32,000 bases of DNA from Gammaproteobacteria bacterium (GCA_038319625.1 JBBQDK010000007.1:1-32000); one strand, 5' to 3'. Shown: positions 1 to 8,983, numbered from the stretch's first letter. Notes: generated by a model not told the origin, from the sequence alone. Numbers and translations are program-made.

Positions 1-557
1 GGCAGGCGATCCACAATGAGCACTGCACCATTGGAACCTGCTATTGCTCGCATGTGCTGATGTTGGCCGCCATACCGGCTATCAGCGGGTATATCGGCAC
101 CACCCAGGTGGGCTGGCAGATCGGCAATCATGAAGTCACCAAACTGACCTCCGCTAGTGCCCTGCCGATTACCATTTTGTTCTATGTCACCATGCTGGTT
201 GGCGTATTCACTGTCGGCAAGCTGATGCAATGGATGGGACAAACCTACGGCGCCGAAAAACCGCTACCGCAATGCATCGCCCTGGCCGCTTACACCGCCA
301 CTCCCTTGTTCCTTATCGGATTCACTGCGCTGTATCCGTTGCTCTGGTTGAATATGCTGTTGGGCCTGCCCGCACTTGCCTACAGTGTCTACCTTCTATA
401 TACCGGCGTGCCCATCATGATGGAGATTCCGCCGGAGCGCGGGTTCCTGTTTTCCAGCGCGGTACTCGGCGTGGGACTCGTCATGCTGGTCGGCGTGATG
501 GCGGCCTCGGTGATACTCTGGAGTTGGGGTGTCGGACCGGTCTTCACGAGCGGCTGA
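1..557 (+). CDS. Yip1-type integral membrane protein, 5' end outside the window
   Basis: The frame of the 54..557 ORF stays open back to nt 3, so the listed Met is probably internal. The product is a series of hydrophobic helices (LAAIPAISGYIG..., LFLIGF..., VLGVGLVMLVGVMAA...) typical of bacterial Yip1/DUF1282-like proteins. Codon position 3 is G/C-rich. Confidence 0.55.
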   Translation, partial: QAIHNEHCTIGTCYCSHVLMLAAIPAISGYIGTTQVGWQIGNHEVTKLTSASALPITILFYVTMLVGVFTVGKLMQWMGQTYGAEKPLPQCIALAAYTATPLFLIGFTALYPLLWLNMLLGLPALAYSVYLLYTGVPIMMEIPPERGFLFSSAVLGVGLVMLVGVMAASVILWSWGVGPVFTSG

Positions 558-664
558 ACTGACAGGCAGGCGGTACGGCCGGCAACGCGCGCACCAAATG
601 CTGTTGCCGCCGCCGATCGTTCCGGCAAGACACACTAATCCAAGACAGAGGTAGCGGGAGGCAT

Positions 665-2080
665 ATGGCCACTCAAGAAACATACAACGACACCGTCGTT
701 CGGCAATTCGCCATCATGACCATCGTCTGGGGTATCGTCGGCATGCTGGTCGGTGTCTACATCGCCGCTGAGTTGACCTGGCCGGCGTTGAACTTCGACA
801 TTCCGTACATCAGCTTCGGCCGCCTGCGGCCCTTGCACACTAACGCGGTGATCTTCGCCTTCGGTGGCTGTGCGTTGTTCGCCACTTCATATTACGTCGT
901 GCAACGTACCTGTCATGTGCGCCTGTTCGCACAGAAGCTCGCGGCCTTCACCTTCTGGGGCTGGCAGACAGTGATTCTCGGGGCAGTCATCACTTTGCCG
1001 CTCGGTTACACTTCGTCCAAGGAATACGCCGAGCTGGAATGGCCGCTGGACATTCTGATCGCAATCGTCTGGGTGTCCTACGCGTTTGTATTCTTCGGCA
1101 CGATCGCCAAGCGCCGTGTCAAACACATCTATGTCGCCAACTGGTTCTTCGGCGGCTTCATCCTCACCATTGCCGTGCTGCATATCTTCAACAACCTGGA
1201 GGTGCCGGTTGGCTGGTTCAAGTCCTATTCGATCTACGCCGGCGTGCAGGACGCCATGGTCCAGTGGTGGTACGGCCATAACGCGGTGGGTTTCTTCCTG
1301 ACGGCGGGCTTTCTCGGCATCATGTACTATTTTGTGCCGAAACAGGCCGGTCGTCCGGTGTATTCCTACCGGCTCTCGGTGGTGCACTTTTGGGCGCTGG
1401 TATTCACCTATATTTGGGCCGGTCCGCACCATCTGCACTACACGGCGCTGCCGGAATGGACCCAGTCGCTCGGCATGGTGTTTTCACTGATCCTGCTGGC
1501 ACCGTCCTGGGGCGGTATGATCAATGGCATCATGACACTGTCGGGCGCCTGGGAGAAACTGCGTACCGATCCGGTGCTGCGCTTCCTGATCGTGTCGATC
1601 TCATTCTACGGCATGTCCACTTTCGAAGGTCCGATGATGGCCATCAAGACGGTGAACGCCTTGTCGCATTACACCAACTGGACCATCGGCCACGTGCACT
1701 CCGGTGCGCTGGGCTGGGTGGCGATGATCACGATTGGTGCCATGTATTACATGATTCCGCGCCTGTTCGGCCGTCAGATCTACAAGCTCGCACTGGTGGA
1801 GGTGCATTTCTGGATCGCCACTATCGGCATCGTGCTGTACATCGTCTCCATGTGGGTGGCCGGTGTCATGCAGGGCCTGATGTGGCGCGCGGTGAACACC
1901 GACGGCACCCTTACCTATTCGTTTGTGGAAGGTGTGCAGGCCATGCACCCGTTCTACATGGTGCGGTTCCTGGGTGGCGTGTTCTTCCTCAGCGGCATGC
2001 TGGTGATGGGCTACAACCTGTGGAAGACCATCGCCGGCGTCAAGCCTGTCTTGACCGCGATTCCCGCGCCCGCGCATTGA
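665..2080 (+). CDS. ccoN: cbb3-type cytochrome c oxidase subunit I (CcoN)
   Basis: 471 aa polytopic protein with CcoN signatures ([46 protein letters not shown]). GGAGG lies upstream of the ATG. It is followed directly by ccoO, ccoQ and ccoP. Confidence 0.95.
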   Translation: MATQETYNDTVVRQFAIMTIVWGIVGMLVGVYIAAELTWPALNFDIPYISFGRLRPLHTNAVIFAFGGCALFATSYYVVQRTCHVRLFAQKLAAFTFWGWQTVILGAVITLPLGYTSSKEYAELEWPLDILIAIVWVSYAFVFFGTIAKRRVKHIYVANWFFGGFILTIAVLHIFNNLEVPVGWFKSYSIYAGVQDAMVQWWYGHNAVGFFLTAGFLGIMYYFVPKQAGRPVYSYRLSVVHFWALVFTYIWAGPHHLHYTALPEWTQSLGMVFSLILLAPSWGGMINGIMTLSGAWEKLRTDPVLRFLIVSISFYGMSTFEGPMMAIKTVNALSHYTNWTIGHVHSGALGWVAMITIGAMYYMIPRLFGRQIYKLALVEVHFWIATIGIVLYIVSMWVAGVMQGLMWRAVNTDGTLTYSFVEGVQAMHPFYMVRFLGGVFFLSGMLVMGYNLWKTIAGVKPVLTAIPAPAH

Positions 2081-2090
2081 GGAATGAGCA

Positions 2091-2702
2091 ATGTCTGGAC
2101 ATGAAAAAGTTGAAACCAATCTCGCCCTGCTGATCATTCTGACTGTGCTGGTGATGAGCATCGGCGGACTGGTCGAGATCGTGCCGCTGTTCTTCATGAA
2201 GTCGACCACCCAACCGGTCGAGGGTCTGAAGCCCTACACGGCTTTGGAATTGACCGGGCGTGACATCTACATCCGCGAAGGCTGCAGCGTTTGCCATTCG
2301 CAGATGATTCGTCCGTTCCGCGCCGAGACCGAGCGTTACGGTCATTACTCGGTGGCCGGCGAGTTTGTCTACGACCGGCCGTTCCTGTGGGGTTCCGAAC
2401 GCACCGGCCCGGATCTGCAGCGTGTCGGTGGCCGCTACAGCGACGAATGGCATCGTGCGCACCTGATCAACCCGCGTGATGTGGTACCCGAGTCGATCAT
2501 GCCCGGCTTTCCATGGCTGGACACGACGCCGGTAGACGCCTCGAACATCCAGCGCAAGATGAAGGCATTACGCTGGCTGGGTACACCCTACACCGATGAA
2601 GATATCGCAAACGCGCCCAAGGCGCTGGAAGGCAAAACCGAGATGGATGCCGTCATCGACTATCTGCAGAATCTTGGCACCGCCATCAAGACCCGGAGGT
2701 AA
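2091..2702 (+). CDS. ccoO: cbb3-type cytochrome c oxidase subunit II, mono-haem (CcoO)
   Basis: 203 aa with an N-terminal TM helix, a single CSVCH haem-c motif and the conserved [24 protein letters not shown] block. It lies 10 nt after ccoN. Confidence 0.95.
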   Translation: MSGHEKVETNLALLIILTVLVMSIGGLVEIVPLFFMKSTTQPVEGLKPYTALELTGRDIYIREGCSVCHSQMIRPFRAETERYGHYSVAGEFVYDRPFLWGSERTGPDLQRVGGRYSDEWHRAHLINPRDVVPESIMPGFPWLDTTPVDASNIQRKMKALRWLGTPYTDEDIANAPKALEGKTEMDAVIDYLQNLGTAIKTRR

Positions 2703-2704
2703 GA

Positions 2705-2842
2705 ATGTCTGACATCACATTGCATATCGTCTGGACCATCGTGGCGTTCGTGTTTTTCATCGGCATTGTGCTCTGGGCCTGGAGCGGCAAACGCAAGAAG
2801 GACTTCGAGGAGTTGGCGAATCTGCCCCTGGAAGACGATTAG
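2705..2842 (+). CDS. ccoQ: cbb3 oxidase small subunit CcoQ/FixQ (45 aa)
   Basis: Not in the ORF track because it is shorter than 60 aa. The ATG at 2705 is 2 nt after the ccoO stop and is preceded by GGAGG. Translation is MSDITLHIVWTIVAFVFFIGIVLWAWSGKRKKDFEELANLPLEDD: one TM helix, a KRKK stretch and an acidic tail ending LPxxDD, the usual CcoQ layout and position. Confidence 0.85.
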   Translation: MSDITLHIVWTIVAFVFFIGIVLWAWSGKRKKDFEELANLPLEDD

Positions 2843-2931
2843 TACGTTGTGCCTGTGGCCGAATCATGAGCCGGTGCAAAACAATCGCGGTGGCTCGCAG
2901 CGTGACGCTGTAGTCCGCAAACGAGGTTTCC

Positions 2932-3849
2932 ATGTTTGATTTTACAAGTCCCTTCTGGAGTTGGTACATCACTGTCATAGTGATGTTGAGCTTCATCGGT
3001 ATCATCTGGCTGATCCGCTGGATGTCCGTACGCAAAAAGGCACAGCCCGGCGCGCAGGTCGAAGCGACCGGACATGTCTGGGATGGCGATCTGCAGGAAC
3101 TCAACAACCCGATGCCCGGCTGGTGGCTGATGTTGTTCTACATCTCACTGGTGTTCGGCGCGGTGTATCTGGTGCTGTATCCCGGTCTCGGCGCCTACCG
3201 GGGCGTTCTCGGCTACACCATGGCGGGAAGTTACACCGCTGAAATGAAGGCAGCGGATGCAAAGTACGGCCCGCTATTCGCCAAATATCAGAAGATCGAT
3301 ATACCAACCCTGGCGCATGACCCGAACGCGGTCAAAACAGGCAGGCGGTTGTTCCTTACCTATTGCATGGTCTGCCATGGTTCAGATGCCGGCGGTGGTC
3401 CGGGGTTCCCGAACCTGCGCGATCAGGATTGGCTGTACGGTGGTCAGCCGGACGAGATCGAGACCACCATCAACGACGGCCGCAACGGCGTGATGCCGGC
3501 CTGGCTGCCGGTGCTTGGCAAAGGGGGTGTCGCCACAGTGGCCGCCTATGTGCGCAGCCTGTCCGGTCACGACATCGACAACGTCACCGCCACCAAGGGC
3601 AAGGCCATCTTCGAAGCGAATTGCGCGGCCTGTCACGGTGTGGACGCCAAGGGCAATATTGCCATGGGCGCGCCCAACCTCACCGACCGGACTTGGTTGT
3701 ACGGCGGTACGCTGAGCACCGTGATGTACACCATCGAAAACGGACGGCAGGGACACATGCCGGCACACCGCGAATACCTCGGCGAGGCCAAGGTGCATCT
3801 GCTGGCGGCCTACGTCTACAGCCTGTCGCAGCAACAGGAAGGCCGTTGA
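2932..3849 (+). CDS. ccoP: cbb3-type cytochrome c oxidase subunit III, di-haem (CcoP)
   Basis: 305 aa with an N-terminal TM region carrying the NPMPGWW motif and two haem-c motifs (CMVCH, CAACH). Confidence 0.93.
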   Translation: MFDFTSPFWSWYITVIVMLSFIGIIWLIRWMSVRKKAQPGAQVEATGHVWDGDLQELNNPMPGWWLMLFYISLVFGAVYLVLYPGLGAYRGVLGYTMAGSYTAEMKAADAKYGPLFAKYQKIDIPTLAHDPNAVKTGRRLFLTYCMVCHGSDAGGGPGFPNLRDQDWLYGGQPDEIETTINDGRNGVMPAWLPVLGKGGVATVAAYVRSLSGHDIDNVTATKGKAIFEANCAACHGVDAKGNIAMGAPNLTDRTWLYGGTLSTVMYTIENGRQGHMPAHREYLGEAKVHLLAAYVYSLSQQQEGR

Positions 3850-3983
3850 TATTCAACTGGTAGTGTCTGACATTATCTGGTTTTTTTGTCGCAGGGGCTG
3901 GCATAGGCAGCAATTAATTCCTGCATTTCTGCGGCAGGAACTGTCCTTGTGGACCATCACCTGAAACTTTAGAATGTATAGCC

Positions 3984-4229
3984 ATGTCGGTTAGCAACAC
4001 ACAACGCATCATCTCGGTACTCTGGCCATCCTTCCTCACGGCGGGCTTGGCGACTGCCTTGTTCTTTACCGCCTTTGACCCGCTGGATCTGCTCAGTCAG
4101 ACACGCTTTGCCGAGGCCAGCAGGCTTGGTGTCTACACGGTGGGATTTTTTCTGTTCTGGCTGTTGACGGCCGCGTCCTGCATGCTGACCTGTTATTTCG
4201 CGCAGCCCTGCGAAACACGTCAGGGATAA
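3984..4229 (+). CDS. small hypothetical membrane protein (two predicted TM helices)
   Basis: 81 aa ORF between ccoP and ccoG with G/C-rich third codon positions and two hydrophobic stretches (WPSFLTAGLATALFFTAF, VGFFLFWLLTAASCMLTCYF). I recognise no family. Confidence 0.5.
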   Translation: MSVSNTQRIISVLWPSFLTAGLATALFFTAFDPLDLLSQTRFAEASRLGVYTVGFFLFWLLTAASCMLTCYFAQPCETRQG

Positions 4230-4315
4230 ACACGGCCCGCAGGATCGCGGGGCCGCAATGAACAGCATCCCCGTAGCGAAATCTGTTCTCTTGTCGTAAT
4301 GTCATCGGTACCCAC

Positions 4316-5734
4316 ATGAGCAACACCTCAGATCGCAACAAGACCAGCGCCTCGACCAAGGCGTCGGAGTCGCTGTACGCCAAGCACCAGAAAATCTATC
4401 CGCGTGAGGTGCATGGGCTGTTCGCGTTCTGGCGCGCCGTAGGCGTGTTCGCGTTGCTGGGCATCTACTATTTGACGCCCTGGATCGAGTGGGGCGGCCG
4501 CCAGGCCGTGCTGCTCGATCTGCCCGAGCGCAAGTTCTATATTTTCGGCCTGGTGTTCTGGCCGCAGGATCTGTTCTTCTTCGCGGTACTGCTGATCGCC
4601 GCGGCACTGTCGCTGTTCTTCTTCACGGCCCTGGCCGGGCGCATTTGGTGCGGTTACGCCTGTCCGCAAACGGTCTGGACGGAATTGTTCCTCTGGATCG
4701 AGCGCAAGATCGAAGGTGATCGGCCGCGGCAGATGAAGCTCGACAAGGCGCCGTGGACAGCACGCAAGATCGCCATCAAAGGCAGCAAGCAGCTGGTCTG
4801 GCTGTTGCTGTCGGCCTATACCGGGTTCACCTTCGTCGGCTACTTCACGCCGATCCGCGGCCTGGCCGAAAATATCCTGCAGCTCGGCCTCGGACCGTGG
4901 GAAACCTTCTGGATCATCTTCTACAGCTTCGCCACCTACGGCAATGCCGGCTTCATGCGCGAACAGGTATGTCTGTACATGTGCCCGTACGCGCGCTTCC
5001 AGAGCGCGATGTTCGACAAGAACACTCTGATCATCTCTTATGACCCGGCGCGCGGCGAACCGCGCGGCTCGCGCGCCAAAGGCGAAGACTACAAAGCGGT
5101 CGGCAAGGGCGACTGCGTAGACTGCACTCTGTGCGTACAGGTCTGTCCGACCGGCATCGACATCCGCAATGGCCTGCAGTATCAGTGCATCAGCTGCTCG
5201 GCATGCATCGACGTCTGCAACGACGTCATGGACAAAATGAACTATCCGCGCGGTCTGATCCGCTACACCACCGAGAATGCCCTGGAGGGCAAGAAGGTGC
5301 GTATTCTGCGGCCGCGTGTGATCATCTACGCGACCATCCTGGTACTGATCATTGTCAGTCTGGGCATTGCCATCAGTCAGCGCGTGGCGCTGGAGCTGGA
5401 CGTGATCAGGGACCGCAACAGCCTCTATCGCGAAACCGACGACGGCATAGAGAATGTGTACACGTTGAAGATCATCAATATGGACGAGCGCCCGCATGAT
5501 TACACCCTGGATGCGCAGGGCATCCCCGGCCTGCAAATAGCTATGGACGAAAACCTGCATGTCGGACCGGGCGAGGTGCGGGAGCTCGGTGTGCGTGTCA
5601 CTGTCGACGAAGATAATCTGCACAAGCGCAGTTCGAAAATACTCTTCCACCTGCAAGCCAAAGACGATCCGCGTCTCGACGCGGTCAAAGCCACCCGCTT
5701 TATGGGGCCTGAAACTGAACGGGAGCATGACTGA
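4316..5734 (+). CDS. ccoG: cytochrome c oxidase accessory protein CcoG (polyferredoxin-type, 4Fe-4S)
   Basis: 472 aa with TM helices, a CGYACPQT motif, two ferredoxin-type clusters (CVDCTLCVQVCP, CISCSACIDVC) and a C-terminal beta-rich domain, the typical CcoG/FixG architecture. Confidence 0.92.
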   Translation: MSNTSDRNKTSASTKASESLYAKHQKIYPREVHGLFAFWRAVGVFALLGIYYLTPWIEWGGRQAVLLDLPERKFYIFGLVFWPQDLFFFAVLLIAAALSLFFFTALAGRIWCGYACPQTVWTELFLWIERKIEGDRPRQMKLDKAPWTARKIAIKGSKQLVWLLLSAYTGFTFVGYFTPIRGLAENILQLGLGPWETFWIIFYSFATYGNAGFMREQVCLYMCPYARFQSAMFDKNTLIISYDPARGEPRGSRAKGEDYKAVGKGDCVDCTLCVQVCPTGIDIRNGLQYQCISCSACIDVCNDVMDKMNYPRGLIRYTTENALEGKKVRILRPRVIIYATILVLIIVSLGIAISQRVALELDVIRDRNSLYRETDDGIENVYTLKIINMDERPHDYTLDAQGIPGLQIAMDENLHVGPGEVRELGVRVTVDEDNLHKRSSKILFHLQAKDDPRLDAVKATRFMGPETEREHD

Positions 5735-6246
5735 TGAATACTGTTACTGATACCACTCCCTGGTACCGCCAGCCGCTGGTGCTGATGCTGATATTGCTGC
5801 CGGCCTCCGCGGTAGTCGCCAGTTTCATCACCTTGTACCTTGCCATACGCAGCGACGATGGACTGGTCGAGGATGACTATTATCAGCACGGCAAGGAGAT
5901 CAACCGCGTGCTGGATCGCGATCACGCCGCGCGCCGTTACGGCTTGCGTGCGCAGGTGCGTCTGGATGTGCAGGGCGGTCGGGTGCACGTGCAACTTGCC
6001 GCTGCGAACTCTGCCACCGCCGCAGCGCCAGAACGCCTGGAACTCAAGCTGATGCACGCCACGCGTGACGGCATGGATCAGGATCTCACGTTGGTGCGCA
6101 AACCCGACGGTTACTATGAAGGAATCCTGTCAGCATTGGCTCCGGGACATTGGTATGTGCAGATCGCTGCGGAAGACTGGCGGCTGAACGGTGAACTGCA
6201 TGAACCCGGAGACACTGTCGCGGTGCTCGTACCGAGTAATCAATAA
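5734..6246 (+). CDS. ccoH: FixH/CcoH family protein
   Basis: The start overlaps the ccoG stop (TGATG). It has an N-terminal TM helix followed by the DDYYQHGKEINR block typical of FixH, and it sits directly after ccoG. Confidence 0.8.
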   Translation: MNTVTDTTPWYRQPLVLMLILLPASAVVASFITLYLAIRSDDGLVEDDYYQHGKEINRVLDRDHAARRYGLRAQVRLDVQGGRVHVQLAAANSATAAAPERLELKLMHATRDGMDQDLTLVRKPDGYYEGILSALAPGHWYVQIAAEDWRLNGELHEPGDTVAVLVPSNQ

Positions 6247-6371
6247 GCGGCCCACAATTTCGGGCCAGCCATTCCAGGATGCCGTCTATGGCGCGTGAAT
6301 GGTAGTCGGCTGACGGGCCACACAATCGAAAGGCTCTGCCGCAGAATTCGTGGGTCAGCTGTAATAAAGTC

Positions 6372-6394
6372 CCCCTCTCCCTCAGGGAGAGGGG
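6372..6394. repeat. CCCCTCTCCC-tca-GGGAGAGGGG hairpin (PSP/GEG-type repeat)
   Basis: Perfect 10-bp stem with a 3-nt loop. Related CTCTCCC...GGGAGAG hairpins occur at 9237, 11141, 18185 and 28349. Confidence 0.8.
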
Positions 6395-6534
6395 TTGGGG
6401 AGAGGGGATTTAATCAGTGCCTGATGGATACACTCCGGAATGGCCTTTGCCCCAATCAGAATCTCATGATTCCAGAAGCGCAGAACCCTGTACTTCAGAG
6501 CTTCCAGATAGATTGTCATCTCTCCTGACTTCAT
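6382..6534 (-). pseudogene. C-terminal remnant of a DUF559 endonuclease-domain gene
   Basis: The minus-strand translation ...MTIYLEALKYRVLRFWNHEILIGAKAIPECIHQAL... matches the conserved C-terminal (A)xGYRVLRFWNxEVL block of DUF559 proteins. The N-terminal two thirds of the domain are missing, and repeat sequence begins about 10 nt further upstream at 6544. Confidence 0.6.
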
Positions 6535-6543
6535 GTTTTGCCC

Positions 6544-6625
6544 CCCCTCACCCTGGCCCTCGGCAACCGCTCCCGGCGTTGCCCTACCTCCTGCATCCAT
6601 GCAGTCGTCTCCCTGAGGGAGAGGG
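6544..6625. repeat. about 82-nt composite repeat (CCCCTCACCCTGGCCCTC ... GGGAGAGGG), copy A
   Basis: Aligns by eye over its full length with 18235..18317. Shared blocks are CCCCTCACCCTGGCCCTC, GGCAAC.GCTCC.GCGTTGC, TACCTCC and TGA.GGGAGAGGG. The 18-nt head recurs inverted at 9531..9548. Confidence 0.75.
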
Positions 6626-6820
6626 AATTGTCACTCTGAGACTTTGCCTATCATCCGGTTCGCAGTAATACCCCGAAATAATACGTAGCCACTCTCTACG
6701 CGACATGAATTCAACTATACCATCGCAACTACAGCAAGTTATGAAGACCAGAATCGTCAAGTTACTCACTAATTCTGCGGAGGAGCCAATCGAAATAAGA
6801 AAACTCAGATTTATTACTTG

Positions 6821-6889
6821 AACCGCCAAGGACGCCAAGATATTTCCTCTTGAATTTCAGAACAGATTTTCTTGGCGTCCTTGGCGGTT
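6821..6889. repeat. long hairpin, 20-bp perfect stem AACCGCCAAGGACGCCAAGA / TCTTGGCGTCCTTGGCGGTT
   Basis: 6821..6840 is the exact reverse complement of 6870..6889, with a 29-nt loop. TTAACCGCCAAGGACGCCAA (read on the minus strand from 6891) is identical to the reverse complement of the outer 20 nt (23137..23156) of the right arm of the hairpin at 23052..23156. Confidence 0.85.
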
Positions 6890-6908
6890 AATGGTTTTTC
6901 AGATCTTC

Positions 6909-6942
6909 CTTAAATCGGCAACCCAGCGGTTGCCGATTTAAG
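6909..6942. terminator. perfect 15-bp stem-loop, possible terminator downstream of ccp
   Basis: CTTAAATCGGCAACC-cagc-GGTTGCCGATTTAAG lies 70 nt beyond the ccp stop. There is no clean U-tract on either strand, so the terminator function is only inferred. Confidence 0.4.
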
Positions 6943-7011
6943 TTGTGGGTAAATAAATTACCCTCTGCTACCTTGACTGCCACTGTTTGAATTTTCGTGA
7001 CCGATGCTCTC

Positions 7012-8052
7012 CTAGGGATTGGGTCGGGGTGTGGCGGCTACACTGGCGGGCAGGATCGGCAGCGTAATTTTCGGTTGATCGCCTGTCAGCGTGCCCAGGA
7101 AGGCTTCGATCTTGCTGACCTCGTCCTCGCTGAGCTTCGCGCCGAGCTGGCTGCTGCCCATGATCGCCACGGCTTGACGCAGGTCCCAGACCTTGCCGGT
7201 ATGGAAATAGGGTGCGGTCAGAGCAATGTTGCGCAGCGCAGGGACCCGGAATACATACTCGTCGCTGACAGTCTTGGTGACTTCGAAGCGACCCTTGTCG
7301 TCGGGCGGCAGAATGTCGGCGCCGGGCCGTTCCACCACGCCGAACGGGGCATACATGCCGCCGCCCACGTTGATGCCGTTGTGGCAGCTCGAACAGCCCT
7401 TGCTGATGAACAGCGCCAGACCTTCCTTCTGATTCGCGTCGAGAGCCTTCTCGTTACCTTCGAGGTAACGATCGAATGGCGCGTTCGGTGTTATCAGGGT
7501 GGCTTCGAACACGGCAATCGCCTTGCGCACATTGTCGAAGGTGATCGGATCCTTTGTGCCCGGGAAGGCCTTGGCGAATACCGCGGCATAGCCCGGGATA
7601 CCCTTGAGCTGCTCGACGACATGCTCCTCGGTTGTGTCCATTTCGACCGGATTGACCAGCGGGCCGCCGGCTTGTTGTTCAAGGTCCTTGGCCCGCCCAT
7701 CCCAGAACTGCGCGACACCGAACACCGCGTTGTAGACGGTCGGCGCATTGCGGCCACCATGCTGCCAGCGATGACCGAGCGATGTCTCCTGGAGGTCGAC
7801 GCCGCCCATGCCGACCATGTGGCAGGAATTGCAACTGATCGAATGGCTTTCGGACAACCGCGGCTCGAAGTAGAGCATCTTGCCGAGCTCCACCTTGGCC
7901 GGTGTCGCGGCATTGTCCTTGAAGGGCGGCGCGCTGGCGGGTATCGGCTTGAACAGTCCCTGCGACTGCTTCATCAACGCGGTCTGTGACCAGGCCTGAC
8001 CCGTCGCCAGGCAGCCAATAATAAATAGTGTGACGATCGTCATCGGGCGCAT
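7012..8052 (-). CDS. ccp: di-haem cytochrome c peroxidase (CcpA/MauG family), periplasmic
   Basis: It has two haem-c motifs (CNSCH, CSSCH), FWDGRA, and PALRNIALTAPYFHTGKVWDL. I moved the start from 8073 to the ATG at 8052 (MRPMTIVTLFIIGCLATGQAWS, a signal peptide) because GGAGA sits 7 nt upstream of it. Confidence 0.9.
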   Translation of the reverse strand: MRPMTIVTLFIIGCLATGQAWSQTALMKQSQGLFKPIPASAPPFKDNAATPAKVELGKMLYFEPRLSESHSISCNSCHMVGMGGVDLQETSLGHRWQHGGRNAPTVYNAVFGVAQFWDGRAKDLEQQAGGPLVNPVEMDTTEEHVVEQLKGIPGYAAVFAKAFPGTKDPITFDNVRKAIAVFEATLITPNAPFDRYLEGNEKALDANQKEGLALFISKGCSSCHNGINVGGGMYAPFGVVERPGADILPPDDKGRFEVTKTVSDEYVFRVPALRNIALTAPYFHTGKVWDLRQAVAIMGSSQLGAKLSEDEVSKIEAFLGTLTGDQPKITLPILPASVAATPRPNP

Positions 8053-8474
8053 GAGATGATCTCCAGATTTCACATGGCAATTGAGAAGCCGACACAGGTT
8101 GTATTAGTGGGATACAACACATCGCGTGCACGGCACGGAATATTACATTCTGCTTGTCACTTGGAGGCGGCAACCAAGGTTTAGAAAGTATAGAAGGGAA
8201 ACGTAGCTGTGCCAATGCCTGCCGGATAATCCGTTACTGGCGATCAAAAAATATTTTCTTTCTGATACTTCAGCCAGGAAACTCTAACATAGACGCCACC
8301 CGGGTTGCCAGAAAGCATCCTGGGCCAGGATGGGTTTCGCCGACAAGGGCCTCATCTGATTAACGGAGTTTACCTCCGAAAGCTTCCTCAGGTTTACCTT
8401 GTCGCGGTCTGGCCCGTGGCGCCCCGGAGAGATTCTCGTCGTCACCCTGCGCGCGGCACCCTGAGAAGCGCTCT

Positions 8475-8819
8475 CTAGTTCTTGAGACTCAATTCATCGT
8501 GAAGGGTGTGCACGCCTTCGATGCCGCGCACCAGTTGTTTCGCGTGATCGATCTGGCGGCGGTCGTCGAGAACGCCCTTGAGCAGGACGTCGCCTTTTTG
8601 GGTTTGGACAGTGATGCCGAAGCCCTTCAGTATTTCGTCCTGCGCCAGCGCGGCTTCGACCCGCTTCGTTACCGCGAGCTCGTTGGCGCGGGTCGAACCC
8701 GTGCGAGGCTGCTCCGTTGTGCCTGATGCCGTGCCCGCTGTCTCCTGGGTCTTGTTGCAGCCGCTGAGCACTATCGCCACCAGCGCCGTACCTAAAATAA
8801 ACCCTGTGCGCATCTTCAT
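8475..8819 (-). CDS. BON-domain lipoprotein (OsmY-like)
   Basis: 114 aa with a lipobox LSGC after a signal peptide, a low-complexity linker, then a BON-like block (VTKRVEAALAQDEILKGFGITVQTQKGDVLLKGVLDDRRQIDHAKQLVRGIEGV). Confidence 0.8.
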   Translation of the reverse strand: MKMRTGFILGTALVAIVLSGCNKTQETAGTASGTTEQPRTGSTRANELAVTKRVEAALAQDEILKGFGITVQTQKGDVLLKGVLDDRRQIDHAKQLVRGIEGVHTLHDELSLKN

Positions 8820-8983
8820 TTAAAATGATTCCAAAAGTCGTTCGGTCATCGCGTGATAACGCTGCTTGAAACTGGCGAAGATTTTACATCATACGCGTAA
8901 CAGCAATAGTACAAAATTCCGGTAGTGAGTGAACCTTGTCCCGGTGGCTGCGGATAATCGTCCAGAGCTATCCGTCACACGCA

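Noticed and set aside
558-664. Expected FNR/Anr box (TTGAT-N4-ATCAA) upstream of ccoN, and likewise upstream of ccp.
   Set aside because: I scanned every TTGAT in the window by eye and none has ATCAA at the right spacing. The ccoN promoter may lie upstream of the Yip1-like gene, outside the window.
3850-3983. Possible rho-independent terminator after ccoP (T-run at about 3880).
   Set aside because: I could not find a convincing G/C-rich stem preceding the T-run. ccoG and fixH may still be co-transcribed or may have their own promoter.
4328-5728. Very long antisense ORFs mirroring real genes. Examples are 4328..5728 (-) opposite ccoG, 6997..7989 (+) opposite ccp, 9601..10578 (-) opposite the Rieske-FAD gene, 21064..21828 (-) opposite tkt, 25662..27215 (-) opposite pyk and 27274..28332 (-) opposite fba.
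   Set aside because: These are shadow ORFs typical of GC-rich DNA. The codons TTA, CTA and TCA are rare on the sense strand, so antisense stops are rare. The translations are Arg/Ala/Gly/His-rich with no recognisable motifs, while the opposite strand encodes unmistakable conserved enzymes.
6705-6821. 38-codon + strand ORF (MNSTIPSQLQQVMKTRIVKLLTNSAEEPIEIRKLRFIT) in the AT-rich island, vaguely like the start of a winged-helix regulator.
   Set aside because: It is too short, has no SD, and its stop lies inside the hairpin repeat. An 84-aa ORF (6584..6838) on the opposite strand, covering the same region, is equally unconvincing. At best it is another gene remnant.
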